From Microgenomates group bacterium Gr01-1014_5 (lineage in GTDB: Bacteria > Patescibacteriota > Microgenomatia > UBA8517 > UBA10165), in contig VMGE01000001.1 of assembly GCA_007376395.1 (NCBI GenBank), positions 25,635 to 89,634 on the forward strand: a DNA stretch of 64,000 bases, read 5' to 3'. The translations under genes were made by a program, and so were the position numbers. Below are positions 53,054 through 62,765 of the stretch, piece by piece (within the stretch, counting starts at the first letter, position 1; every line of letters begins with the position of its first letter). The notes beneath the pieces were generated by a model, which saw only the letters and a program-made list of their open reading frames with translations, was not told the origin of the DNA and did not search any database.

Positions 53054-56000
53054 CTACACGATTTTTGCCAAAAATTGTCCTGTGTAAGAATTTTTAACCA
53101 TCGCAATATGTTCCGGAGTGCCAACAGCGATTATTTCTCCACCCTTGTCTCCTCCTTCTGGTCCCATATCTATAACCCAATCTGCATTTTTAATAACGTC
53201 CAGGTTGTGCTCAATAACGACAACAGTATTCCCCATCTGCACCAATTTTTGAAACACGCGGATTAATTTTTCTAGATCCGCAAAATGCAATCCTGTTGTC
53301 GGTTCATCAAGAATATAAAAAGTTCCGGTACCAGAACGTTTACCAAGCTCAGAAGCCAGTTTAATGCGCTGTGCCTCTCCTCCAGAAAGAGTCGTGGCAG
53401 ACTGCCCAAGTTCCATGTAATCAAGACCTACTTCCAGCAAAGTGTCGAGTTTGTCAGCAATTGCAGGAATATTAGCAAAAAAGTTACGCGCTTCTTCGAC
53501 GGTCATTTTTAAGACATTTGCTATATTTTTTCCGTGCCAATCGACGTCTAGAGTCTCACGATTATAGCGCGAGCCGTTACACACGTCACATGTTACATAA
53601 ACGTCAGATAAAAATTGCATTTCAATTTTAATTAAACCCTGGCCTTCGCAATTTTCACAACGCCCGCCTTTAACGTTAAAAGAAAAACGGCCTTGTTTAT
53701 AACCCCTTACGCGCGCTTCAGAGGTTTGAGCATACAGCGCCCTGATTTCGTTAAAAACCCCGGTATAAGTAACAGGGTTAGAGCGAGGAGTGCGCCCTAT
53801 TGGGGATTGGTCAATTAAAGAAACACGGTTTACCCCGTCTAACCCCTGCAAGTCTTTGTAATGCTGGCGGTTCACATATTGTTCTTCTTCTGAAAGCCGC
53901 CAGCGGTATTTGGCTATAGGTATTTCAGTTTTTAAGGCCGGATATAGTGTATCTACCAGTAAAGTAGACTTACCAGACCCGGAAACTCCGGTGATACAGA
54001 CAAGCTTTGCCAAGGGAATTTTTATATCAACATTTTTTAAATTGAACTGATCGGCTTCTTTTAGGACTAACCATTGTTGACTCCGATCAGATCGGAGCTG
54101 ATCACCTGTCAATTGTTTTTGTCCTTTTCTAAAATCTAAAGACTTTTTTCCGGACAAGTACTTTCCGGTTAAAGAATCTTTATCTGCAATTATTTCTTTT
54201 ACAGACCCTTGGGCAACTATTGCCCCGCCGTGTTTACCTGCACCTGGGCCAAAATCAAGAATCCAATCTGCCTCTTCCATCATTTCCCGGTCATGTTCCA
54301 CGACAATAACCGAATTTCCCAGGTCACGCAGGTGATGGAGCGTATTTATTAATCTTTTGTTGTCTCTTTGATGTAAACCAATGGTTGGCTCGTCAAGAAC
54401 ATAAAGTACTCCGGTTAAACCAGACCCAATTTGCGAAGCAAGCCTGATTCTCTGCGCCTCTCCTCCCGAAAGGGTTCCCGATGGTCTTTCTAAAGTTAAG
54501 TACTCTAATCCTACAGATACTAAAAAGGAAAGCCTGGCTAGTATCTCCTTAAAAATTAACTTTCCAATTTCCAACTCTCTTGTTGACAAAACTGATAAAG
54601 GGGACGCCTTGTACACCTTACCAGGCTCGTTTCCGCTGTTTAAGGGGACGCCTTGTACACCTGCAATACTTTTAAAAAAATCGATTGCTTCCTGGATCGG
54701 CATACGGGTTATGTCAATAATGGACTTTTTGTCAACAGTGATTGATAAAGTCTCGAGTCGAAGTCTGGTTCCTTTACAATCTGGACAGAGTTGTTCCTGC
54801 ATATACTTGGAAAGTTCACCGCGCACATAATCAGATTCTGTTTGGGAGTGACGGCGTTCAAGTTCCGGAATAACACCAGGGAATTTTTCATGAATCCAGG
54901 TTTCGTGTCCAAATCTGTTATCTCCTTTGACCCGGTACTCGCGTGTACCCGTTCCATAGAGCAATATTTTTGTATCTGCTTCCGAAAGATTTCCCAATGC
55001 TGTTTGTACATTAAATCCGTTATCTTCAGCTACTGTTTTAATTAACCTCGAATACCAAGTATCTTTTTCAAAAATATTGGCGAGTGGTAAAATCCCGCCT
55101 TCTGCTACTGTCAGGCGAGGGTTAATAATCTTATGCAGATCGATCTTTAACAGAGTGCCTATACCCGAGCATGTCTGACAGGCTCCGTGTGGAGAATTAA
55201 AGGAAAATGTGCGCGGTTCAATTTCTGGAAAACTTATATTATCCACAGGACAGGAAAAACGTTCTGAAAAAAGGTGGTCGGCAAACTCCTTTGGTCTGTC
55301 GGGAAGGGAAAATGATTTATCCTTAATCTCTGAAACTACAACCAAACCTTCTGCCAGAGCTAAGGCTTGTTCAATTGCCGTAAAGAGACGGGAACGAAGG
55401 TTTTCTTCAGCAACTTTGTCCTTCAATTGAGTTTTTTCAATCGAAATGCGATCAGTAATAATATCAATATCGTGTTTGTTATTTTTTAATAGATATAAAT
55501 CTTCATCTAAACCATAAAACTTTCCGTCAATTCTTGCTCTTGTAAATCCTTTGGCGCGCATAGTTTCTAAAAGATTAGAAAATTCACCTTTTCTATCCCG
55601 CACAACAGGTGACAAAACCATATACATAGCCATTCTTTGGGTTTTTAACGTATTTTTTACCAGTTGTAGAGCATGGTCTGTGATTTGCTCGGCAGATTGA
55701 GAAGCAATTTCCCGTCCGCACAAGGGACAGTGTGGATGGCCAACCCGAGCAAAGAGTAAGCGCAAGTAGTCATAAATTTCCGTGACTGTTCCGACTGTGG
55801 AGCGCGGGTTGTGCGAGGTTGTCTTTTGCTCAATTGAAATTGCCGGGGAAAGGCCGTCTATGGCATCAACATCAGGCTTGTTCATGATGCCCAAAAACTG
55901 CCGGGCGTAAGAAGAGAGGCTTTCGACGTAGCGCCTTTGCCCCTCTGCGTAAATTGTGTCAAAGGCAAGAGATGACTTTCCAGACCCAGAAAGACCGGTA

Positions 56001-56089
56001 AAGACAACCAGTTTATTCTTTGGTATATCGACATCTATACCTTTCAGATTGTGCTGCCTTGCTCCACGAACACTTATAATATCGTTCAT
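53054..56089 (-). CDS. uvrA: excinuclease ABC subunit A
   Basis: Two ABC modules ([10 protein letters not shown] / [18 protein letters not shown] x2), zinc-finger Cys pairs; 1011 aa. Confidence 0.9.
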   Translation of the reverse strand: MNDIISVRGARQHNLKGIDVDIPKNKLVVFTGLSGSGKSSLAFDTIYAEGQRRYVESLSSYARQFLGIMNKPDVDAIDGLSPAISIEQKTTSHNPRSTVGTVTEIYDYLRLLFARVGHPHCPLCGREIASQSAEQITDHALQLVKNTLKTQRMAMYMVLSPVVRDRKGEFSNLLETMRAKGFTRARIDGKFYGLDEDLYLLKNNKHDIDIITDRISIEKTQLKDKVAEENLRSRLFTAIEQALALAEGLVVVSEIKDKSFSLPDRPKEFADHLFSERFSCPVDNISFPEIEPRTFSFNSPHGACQTCSGIGTLLKIDLHKIINPRLTVAEGGILPLANIFEKDTWYSRLIKTVAEDNGFNVQTALGNLSEADTKILLYGTGTREYRVKGDNRFGHETWIHEKFPGVIPELERRHSQTESDYVRGELSKYMQEQLCPDCKGTRLRLETLSITVDKKSIIDITRMPIQEAIDFFKSIAGVQGVPLNSGNEPGKVYKASPLSVLSTRELEIGKLIFKEILARLSFLVSVGLEYLTLERPSGTLSGGEAQRIRLASQIGSGLTGVLYVLDEPTIGLHQRDNKRLINTLHHLRDLGNSVIVVEHDREMMEEADWILDFGPGAGKHGGAIVAQGSVKEIIADKDSLTGKYLSGKKSLDFRKGQKQLTGDQLRSDRSQQWLVLKEADQFNLKNVDIKIPLAKLVCITGVSGSGKSTLLVDTLYPALKTEIPIAKYRWRLSEEEQYVNRQHYKDLQGLDGVNRVSLIDQSPIGRTPRSNPVTYTGVFNEIRALYAQTSEARVRGYKQGRFSFNVKGGRCENCEGQGLIKIEMQFLSDVYVTCDVCNGSRYNRETLDVDWHGKNIANVLKMTVEEARNFFANIPAIADKLDTLLEVGLDYMELGQSATTLSGGEAQRIKLASELGKRSGTGTFYILDEPTTGLHFADLEKLIRVFQKLVQMGNTVVVIEHNLDVIKNADWVIDMGPEGGDKGGEIIAVGTPEHIAMVKNSYTGQFLAKIV

Positions 56090-56311
56090 AGATATGGTGA
56101 CGAAACTCGTATCGTGAGGCGTCAGACGTATTACGTTACCGAAACGAGCATCCTAACCGGTCAACGCCCACGAAAATATGCCGCGGATTGCCGTGGCAAG
56201 TGCTTCTAAACACTCTAGTAAATTATACCACACCCCAAAATATACCCGAATTTGTTTTTTCACCATTTGAGTAGTATACTGAGCACAACGCATGCCCATC
56301 GAGGTGAAATT

Positions 56312-56635
56312 ATGGTAGATATATTAAGGCCAACAGAAATTAGAAAATTGCCATTTGTCGATAGGTTAAATCTTTTCAAAGAAGAAGCCTCCAAATTAAT
56401 TGAAGAAGCTCACCAAGATGATCGTGCAGATTTTGAACGGTTAATAGTAGTTTGCGGTCGTTTCTATTCCATACCAACCCCTGAAGGGGCACGCATAATT
56501 GGACTGGAACGAAGTAGGGTTAGAGACAGAATTGACAATAGAGGAAATCGAGATTCTTGGCGACCACTAGAAGATTTAAATGTCATAGAAGCACTTTATT
56601 TTGCAAATGAGCTTGGTAAAAATATTAATAACTAA
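56312..56635 (+). CDS. hypothetical protein between uvrA and uvrB
   Basis: Probable start MVDILRP within the track ORF. Confidence 0.3.
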   Translation: MVDILRPTEIRKLPFVDRLNLFKEEASKLIEEAHQDDRADFERLIVVCGRFYSIPTPEGARIIGLERSRVRDRIDNRGNRDSWRPLEDLNVIEALYFANELGKNINN

Positions 56636-58689
56636 TTAGCCCTAAGAGAATCTATCTCCCTTATTCTATCCCTAAACCTAGCTGCTAATTCAAAGTTTAA
56701 GTCCCGGGCGGCGGCATTCATGGCACTGCGCAACTTTGACTGAATCTTTTTCCTGTCTTGCGGAGTCATATCTTCAAAATCAAACTCTTCCAAATTTTCA
56801 ACCACTTGGCGCTCTAAACCGTAAAATAGAGGCGTTTCGTCTGCCTTTTCCCTGTCCACAAGTTTTTCCCGGATTGGTTTTGAAATAGATACTGGCGTAA
56901 TATTATGTTTTTTGTTGTATTCATGCTGTATTTCCCGGCGCCTGGCAACCTCATCCATTGCCCTTTGCATTGACCCTGTGATGTTATCTGCATACATGAT
57001 GACCCTACCTTCTATGTGACGGGCCGCGCGCCCCATAACCTGAACAAGCGCAGTCTCGCTCCGCAAAAATCCTTCCTTGTCCGCGTCTATAATCGCAACC
57101 AGAGAAACTTCCGGAAGATCCAATCCCTCGCGCAAAAGGTTAATGCCGACTAAAACATCATATTTACCCAAACGGAGGTCATCTAAGATGTCTGTACGGT
57201 CTAAGGTAATAATTTCTGAATGTAAATAATGTACTTTAACTCCTTTTTCCTCTAAATAATCAGCCAGGTCTTCTGCCATGCGTTTTGTAAGAGTTGTAAC
57301 CAAGGTTCTTTGATTCTTTTTAACTCTAATATCAATTTCTTTTAGTAAATCCTCAATTTGACCTTTTGTCGGCCGGACGTCTATCTCAGGGTCAGGAATA
57401 CCTGTGGGACGGACTAATTGCTGGACAACATGCTCCCTGGCTTGACCCAATTCCCATTTAGCCGGAGTAGCAGAGTTATAAACGACTTGCGACACGCGCC
57501 TGGTAAATTCATCAAAACGCAAAGGACGGTTGTCAAAAGCCGAAGGAAGACGGAATCCAAAATCTACCAAAGTTTTTTTACGTGCCTGGTCGCCATTATA
57601 CATTCCGCCTATTTGCGGAACAGTCATGTGTGATTCGTCTATAATTACCAAAAACTTGTCTTTGTAGGCTGAGTGAAAATAATCAAGCAGAGTATAAGGG
57701 GGATCTCCGGGTTTCCGGCCGTCAAAATAACGCGAATAGTTCTCAATTCCATTGACGTATCCTACCTCTTCAATCATTTCAAGATCGTAGGTTACCCGTT
57801 TTTCAATACGGTTTGCTTCAATTAACATATTTTTATCCTTAAAGTAGCGAACCTGTTCGCCTAAGTCTTTTTTAATTTTTGGAAAAACATCCTTGTAGGT
57901 TGCAGGATTGGTCATATAATGCTTTGCAGGGTAGATAATTACAATTTTTACTTCTTCCAATACTTTCCCAGTAAGCGGATCAATTTTCTCAATTTTAATT
58001 AGCTTCACACCTCTCAGGTGTAATCGTAAAGCAACGTCTTCGTGCGCGGGAAAAATATCAATTACTTCACCGCGCACACGGAAAGTTCCTCTATAAAACC
58101 CAAAATCGCCACGTTCATACTGGAGTTCCGTGAGACGCTTAAAAATTGCTTCCCGCGGGTTGTCACTGCCAACCTTCAACTCCAAAATAAAATTGCCGTA
58201 TTCTCGCGGAGAGCCGATATTGTAAATACAGGAGACCGAAGCAACAACTATGGCATCTGGTCTGGTTAGTATATTTGTAGTAGCTCGAAGTCTGAGTTTA
58301 TCAATTTCTTTGTTGATGTCAGATTCCTTTTCGATATAGGTATCGGTTGAAGGGATATAGGCCTCTGGCTGGTAGTAATCGTAATAAGAAACAAAGTACG
58401 AAACCGCGTTGTTTGGAAAAAAATCACGCAACTCCTGATAAAGCTGTCCGGCAAGTGTTTTATTGTGAGAGATAATAAGAGCAGGTCTTTGCGTTTTTTC
58501 AATAACGTTAGCCATGGTATAAGTCTTACCAGAGCCTGTAACCCCCAGCAAAACCTGATGCTGAACATCATTTTCTACTCCCAGCACCAATTTCTTAATA
58601 GCATCAGGCTGGTCTCCTGTGGGTTTATAATTCGCGTGAAGCGTGAATTTCAAGCTTTGCTTATATGGAGAATGTACTTTAAAATTCAC
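56632..58689 (-). CDS. uvrB: excinuclease ABC subunit B (GTG start)
   Basis: QVLLGVTGSGKT, DESH, C-terminal UVR motif ...ELAARFRDRIREI. Confidence 0.9.
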   Translation of the reverse strand: MNFKVHSPYKQSLKFTLHANYKPTGDQPDAIKKLVLGVENDVQHQVLLGVTGSGKTYTMANVIEKTQRPALIISHNKTLAGQLYQELRDFFPNNAVSYFVSYYDYYQPEAYIPSTDTYIEKESDINKEIDKLRLRATTNILTRPDAIVVASVSCIYNIGSPREYGNFILELKVGSDNPREAIFKRLTELQYERGDFGFYRGTFRVRGEVIDIFPAHEDVALRLHLRGVKLIKIEKIDPLTGKVLEEVKIVIIYPAKHYMTNPATYKDVFPKIKKDLGEQVRYFKDKNMLIEANRIEKRVTYDLEMIEEVGYVNGIENYSRYFDGRKPGDPPYTLLDYFHSAYKDKFLVIIDESHMTVPQIGGMYNGDQARKKTLVDFGFRLPSAFDNRPLRFDEFTRRVSQVVYNSATPAKWELGQAREHVVQQLVRPTGIPDPEIDVRPTKGQIEDLLKEIDIRVKKNQRTLVTTLTKRMAEDLADYLEEKGVKVHYLHSEIITLDRTDILDDLRLGKYDVLVGINLLREGLDLPEVSLVAIIDADKEGFLRSETALVQVMGRAARHIEGRVIMYADNITGSMQRAMDEVARRREIQHEYNKKHNITPVSISKPIREKLVDREKADETPLFYGLERQVVENLEEFDFEDMTPQDRKKIQSKLRSAMNAAARDLNFELAARFRDRIREIDSLRAN

Positions 58690-58732
58690 CTGTATATTGT
58701 ATCACAACTACGGGTTTTGTTTGGAGAACCGG

Positions 58733-59245
58733 TCACTCCTCTTCCACCGGGGTTGCATCTGAATTAATTGTAAACTTCATCATAATTATATTCCCAGTAT
58801 TGTCTTTTAGGGGTAAATCTTCCTCTGTACCGCCGAAGTCTTCGTCTTTGCTGGTATCCGCATGCAGTATTGAGAAATAAATGTCGCCTTTCATGGCTTG
58901 GGGATCTATATCAAGCACAACAGCTTTATTTTCACCTTTAGACAAGAGTTCTGAGTGTCCTACAACCTCACCGGGCTTTCCGTCTTTTGTCGAATTATGG
59001 ATAACTACAAATCCAGGTTCGGCTAATACCACCAAATCAACAGCGATTGTGTCTCCTCCTTCCTGGCTTTCTACATTAACCGCGTTCCCGCCCACAACCA
59101 CCACGGCCGATGAAGGTTCTTGGTTTGAAATCCTTGGAGATCCTAAAAATGAAGTTTGCTGCGGGTTTCTTGATTGATACCAAAAAACACCACTAGCAAC
59201 GGCAAGAAACGCTACGACAATTATTGCCAAACGGCTTTTTCCCAT
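58733..59245 (-). CDS. exported/membrane-anchored hypothetical protein
   Basis: N-terminal signal anchor (IIVVAFLAVASGVFW). Confidence 0.35.
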   Translation of the reverse strand: MGKSRLAIIVVAFLAVASGVFWYQSRNPQQTSFLGSPRISNQEPSSAVVVVGGNAVNVESQEGGDTIAVDLVVLAEPGFVVIHNSTKDGKPGEVVGHSELLSKGENKAVVLDIDPQAMKGDIYFSILHADTSKDEDFGGTEEDLPLKDNTGNIIMMKFTINSDATPVEEE

Positions 59246-59470
59246 TCTAATTAAGCATAAAGATCAACCACGGTGTTGTCAATATTAGTACTTGATCCCA
59301 CAGGGATCTCGGACTATTTATATGGAATATTGGTCCTTGACCCTATGCTCTAAGCACAGTATCGCGTGCCATTTTTAAGATTAAAATAGGTACTTGACAT
59401 ACGGGTTTTGTTGGGGTAACCTGGGTTATCAATTTGAAATTTCAAATTTAAAATTTTAAATTGACTTGGT

Positions 59471-60085
59471 ATGCCGCCTGTAATTTACAAAAGACAAAAA
59501 CAAATATTAGACTTCTTGGCTCAGTATATAGATGCCAACGGCTATGCTCCAACACTAAAACAAATTGCTCAGGCACTCGGGGTTTCATCTTTGGCAACAG
59601 TACACGAACATTTACAAGCTCTTGAGAAAAAGGGGTTAATCCGCCGCAAGAGCGGCACTAGCCGCGGACTAGTACTTACCGAGCACATTCCCCAAATCAG
59701 CCATGGACTGGATGTCCCAATCCTTGGTTTTATCGCTGCTGGCAGTCCCATAGAGCCTTACACAGACCCAAACGCAACTATTTCTATCTCTCCTTCGATG
59801 GTTACCTCAGCCAAACGTGTTTATGTTCTCCAGGTTAGGGGGGAATCGATGATTGAGGATGGGATCTGGGACGGTGATTATGTAGTTGTTGAACAGCAAG
59901 AGGCGGCAGACAACGGCGACATTGTTGTAGCCATGCTTGATAACGGCGCAGCAACTCTAAAACGCTACTTTCGGGAAAGTGACAGAATTAGACTTCAGCC
60001 AGCAAACCGCTCTATGAGTCCTATTTATGCCAAGAGTGTGACCATCCAAGGCAGAGTAGTAGGTCTGATAAGAAAATATCATTAA
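59471..60085 (+). CDS. lexA: LexA repressor (wHTH + S24 peptidase)
   Basis: N-terminal wHTH; cleavage region ..IAAGSP.., VRGESMIEDGIW (Ser), ..TLKRYF.. (Lys). Confidence 0.85.
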   Translation: MPPVIYKRQKQILDFLAQYIDANGYAPTLKQIAQALGVSSLATVHEHLQALEKKGLIRRKSGTSRGLVLTEHIPQISHGLDVPILGFIAAGSPIEPYTDPNATISISPSMVTSAKRVYVLQVRGESMIEDGIWDGDYVVVEQQEAADNGDIVVAMLDNGAATLKRYFRESDRIRLQPANRSMSPIYAKSVTIQGRVVGLIRKYH

Positions 60086-61332
60086 AGAACCAAGGCTCCG
60101 ACTGCGGCGGCAGAAAGAAGAACCAAGATTGCCACACCGAAAATATTTGAAACAATACCGTTGGTTTTATCACCCATTACAGTCTTTCTGTTAGCTAAAT
60201 CCAGAACAATTAAAATCAAAAATGGGGAAAGTATTCCATATAAAACCCCTGTTATAAAAAGTGCTCTAAATGGAGGTATACCCAAAAAGGTAAAACCTGT
60301 GCCAAGTATAGTTGCCGCCGCAAGAACAGCGTAGAAAATTTTTGATTTCGCAACTGGTGTACTAAAGCCTTCAGACCTGCCGCGGGCTTCCGAAATTGCA
60401 TAAGCCGCCGACCCTGCTAAAACAGGTATTGCCAAAAGTCCTGTACCTACAATTCCCAAAGTAAACAGTAAAAACGAAGCGTCCCCGGCCAATGGTCTTA
60501 GAGCTAATGCCGCTTGCTCGGCAGATTCAAGATTGTGTATTCCTGCCTTATAAAGAGTTGCGGCGACAGTTGTAATAATAAAATACATGACCAGGTTGGA
60601 AAAAACCATGCCAATAGTCACGTCGTGCCCCATAGACCTAAGCTCACCCTTGGAAACAACCTGCACATAACGCCTTCTGTCTATTTCGTCCTTAGACGCT
60701 CTGTCTTCTGCTTCTTCAGACGCTTGCCAAAAAAATAGATAGGGAGAGATCGTAGTACCCAACATAGCTACAATTAACAACAGTGTTTGCCGGTCAAAAC
60801 TAATTGAGGGGATAATGGTGGAATAAAAAACTTGAGCCCAGTCCGGCTTACTAATTATTGCCGCGAATACATAAGCAAGAAGGGAAATAGTTAACCAGCG
60901 GAATATATTAGTTATTTTTCTATAAGAAAAAAATAGCAACAGGATTAAAATAAGCGCACTATAAAATATAGTGATTAATGGAGTACTAAATGGTAATAGA
61001 AGCTGGGTACTTGAAGACATTGCCGCCAAATCCGCACCCACGTTAATTGTATTAGCAATAAACACCGAAGAGGCGACAATCCATAACAATAGCGGCGGGT
61101 AATGCCTTCTCATCGTTCCGATTAATCCGTGTCCAGTCACCATGCCAATCCGCGCGCACATCTCTTGAATTGCAATCATAAAAGGGGTAATAAAAGGGGC
61201 GGTCCAAAGAAGTTTATATCCGCTAAAAGCCCCTGCCTGGGCGTAAATTACGATTCCAGAAGGATCATCGTCAGAAGCTCCGGTAATAAGACCCGGACCT
61301 AAGGATTTGAAAAAATTAACAATCTTTTTCAT
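60082..61332 (-). CDS. mntH: NRAMP-family divalent metal transporter
   Basis: GPGLITGASDDDPSGIVIYAQAGA..; about 11 TM helices. Confidence 0.8.
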   Translation of the reverse strand: MKKIVNFFKSLGPGLITGASDDDPSGIVIYAQAGAFSGYKLLWTAPFITPFMIAIQEMCARIGMVTGHGLIGTMRRHYPPLLLWIVASSVFIANTINVGADLAAMSSSTQLLLPFSTPLITIFYSALILILLLFFSYRKITNIFRWLTISLLAYVFAAIISKPDWAQVFYSTIIPSISFDRQTLLLIVAMLGTTISPYLFFWQASEEAEDRASKDEIDRRRYVQVVSKGELRSMGHDVTIGMVFSNLVMYFIITTVAATLYKAGIHNLESAEQAALALRPLAGDASFLLFTLGIVGTGLLAIPVLAGSAAYAISEARGRSEGFSTPVAKSKIFYAVLAAATILGTGFTFLGIPPFRALFITGVLYGILSPFLILIVLDLANRKTVMGDKTNGIVSNIFGVAILVLLSAAAVGALVL

Positions 61333-62006
61333 TTACCTTTGAAAAACATCTTCTTAACATCTTCAAGAATATTTCCTTTACGCCGCTTGTGATAAAGATA
61401 AGCCAAGAAAGCAATAAAAATGAAAATCAGTAAGCCTTGGATAATAGTCTCTGTTGTACTTAAACCTGACAAAACAGAGTATAGAGCTGAGGCTCCGGTA
61501 TAACCAATATAAAGATAAAACCCATCACGGACTATAGTGCCAAAAAACGTTGAGACCCAAAATATTTTTTTGTTTACTTTCAAAAGACCACAGGCGATTG
61601 AAACTGGAGCGCTTGGTACCATAGGTAGCATACGCACGAAAGTCAGAATAAGTACGTCACGCCAGCTTCCGCTAATATGTTTACCCACAGATTCTATTTC
61701 TTTGTGGGAAACTCCAATATAACGGCCTAATTTAGTCAAGAGAAGATCTTCCAGTTTATCAGAGAAGTAATAAAGCACGCTTGCGCCTAGTACTTTCCCA
61801 AAAGCACCCGCAAAAGCGAGAATTAACAAATAATATAGTGGTTTTTCCTGTACGGAGGCTAGTGTTCCGGTGACTGTCATGACAATTGGAGACGGAATTG
61901 GAGCGATTACTTCTTCGACAAAAGAACCTACAAACGAGAAAAGTTCAAGAGGCAGGCTATCGGCAAAATTTAATAATTGATGCTCTAATTGTGCAGTAAA
62001 CGCCAT
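61329..62006 (-). CDS. DedA/TVP38-family membrane protein
   Basis: Operonic with mntH; pattern ...VEEVIAPIPSPIV...G.... Confidence 0.65.
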   Translation of the reverse strand: MAFTAQLEHQLLNFADSLPLELFSFVGSFVEEVIAPIPSPIVMTVTGTLASVQEKPLYYLLILAFAGAFGKVLGASVLYYFSDKLEDLLLTKLGRYIGVSHKEIESVGKHISGSWRDVLILTFVRMLPMVPSAPVSIACGLLKVNKKIFWVSTFFGTIVRDGFYLYIGYTGASALYSVLSGLSTTETIIQGLLIFIFIAFLAYLYHKRRKGNILEDVKKMFFKGK

Positions 62007-62043
62007 GTATGAGATATACTTGTAAAAGTGTAAACGATACTAA

Positions 62044-62748
62044 ATGAACAACACAAGTGGTAAGCTTTTTATTGTTTCTACGCCCATTGGCAATCTTGAA
62101 GATATAACGCTAAGAGCATTGTCTACTCTGCGGGAAGCTGATGTTGTCCTAGCAGAAGATACAAGAACTACGGCAAACCTTTTAAGACATTACAACATCC
62201 CCCGTAAAGAAATCATTTCCTTCTTTGAAGGTAATGAGGAAAAGAGACACCCGGAAATTCTTAACCTTCTCGTCTCTGGAAAAAACGTCGCACTTGTTTC
62301 AGAGTCGGGTACTCCTTTAGTATCCGACCCTGGATATAAATTGATTAGAGAATTGGTCAGTGACGGAATTAAAATAGAAACTATTCCCGGACCTACTGCA
62401 CTTGTTGCCGCTCTCGTCGTTTCAGGCTTACCGACAAATTCTTTTTTGTTTTTAGGTTTTTTACCAAAAAAATCCGGTAAAGCTAAAACTATATTGGTAA
62501 ACACAAAGTCCGCGCTATCGGCTCTAAGTCAATGCAAGTCAGTTATTTTATACGAAAGTCCTCATCGAATTGTAAAAACACTTCAATTGATTGAAGATGT
62601 TTACGGAGAAATAGATGTAGTTATTGCCCGAGAATTAACAAAAATCCATGAAGAGGTAAGGAGAGAGAAAGTATCCCAAGCAATCGAGTATTTTACTACC
62701 ACCAAACCAAGAGGCGAGTTCGTACTCTTGTTCTCAATTGAAAATTGA
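62044..62748 (+). CDS. rsmI: 16S rRNA (cytidine1402-2'-O)-methyltransferase RsmI-like (tetrapyrrole methylase fold)
   Basis: LFIVSTPIGNLEDITLRALSTLREADVVLAEDTR...ALVSESGTPLVSDPG. Confidence 0.8.
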   Translation: MNNTSGKLFIVSTPIGNLEDITLRALSTLREADVVLAEDTRTTANLLRHYNIPRKEIISFFEGNEEKRHPEILNLLVSGKNVALVSESGTPLVSDPGYKLIRELVSDGIKIETIPGPTALVAALVVSGLPTNSFLFLGFLPKKSGKAKTILVNTKSALSALSQCKSVILYESPHRIVKTLQLIEDVYGEIDVVIARELTKIHEEVRREKVSQAIEYFTTTKPRGEFVLLFSIEN

Positions 62749-62765
62749 AAATTTCAAATTGAAAA

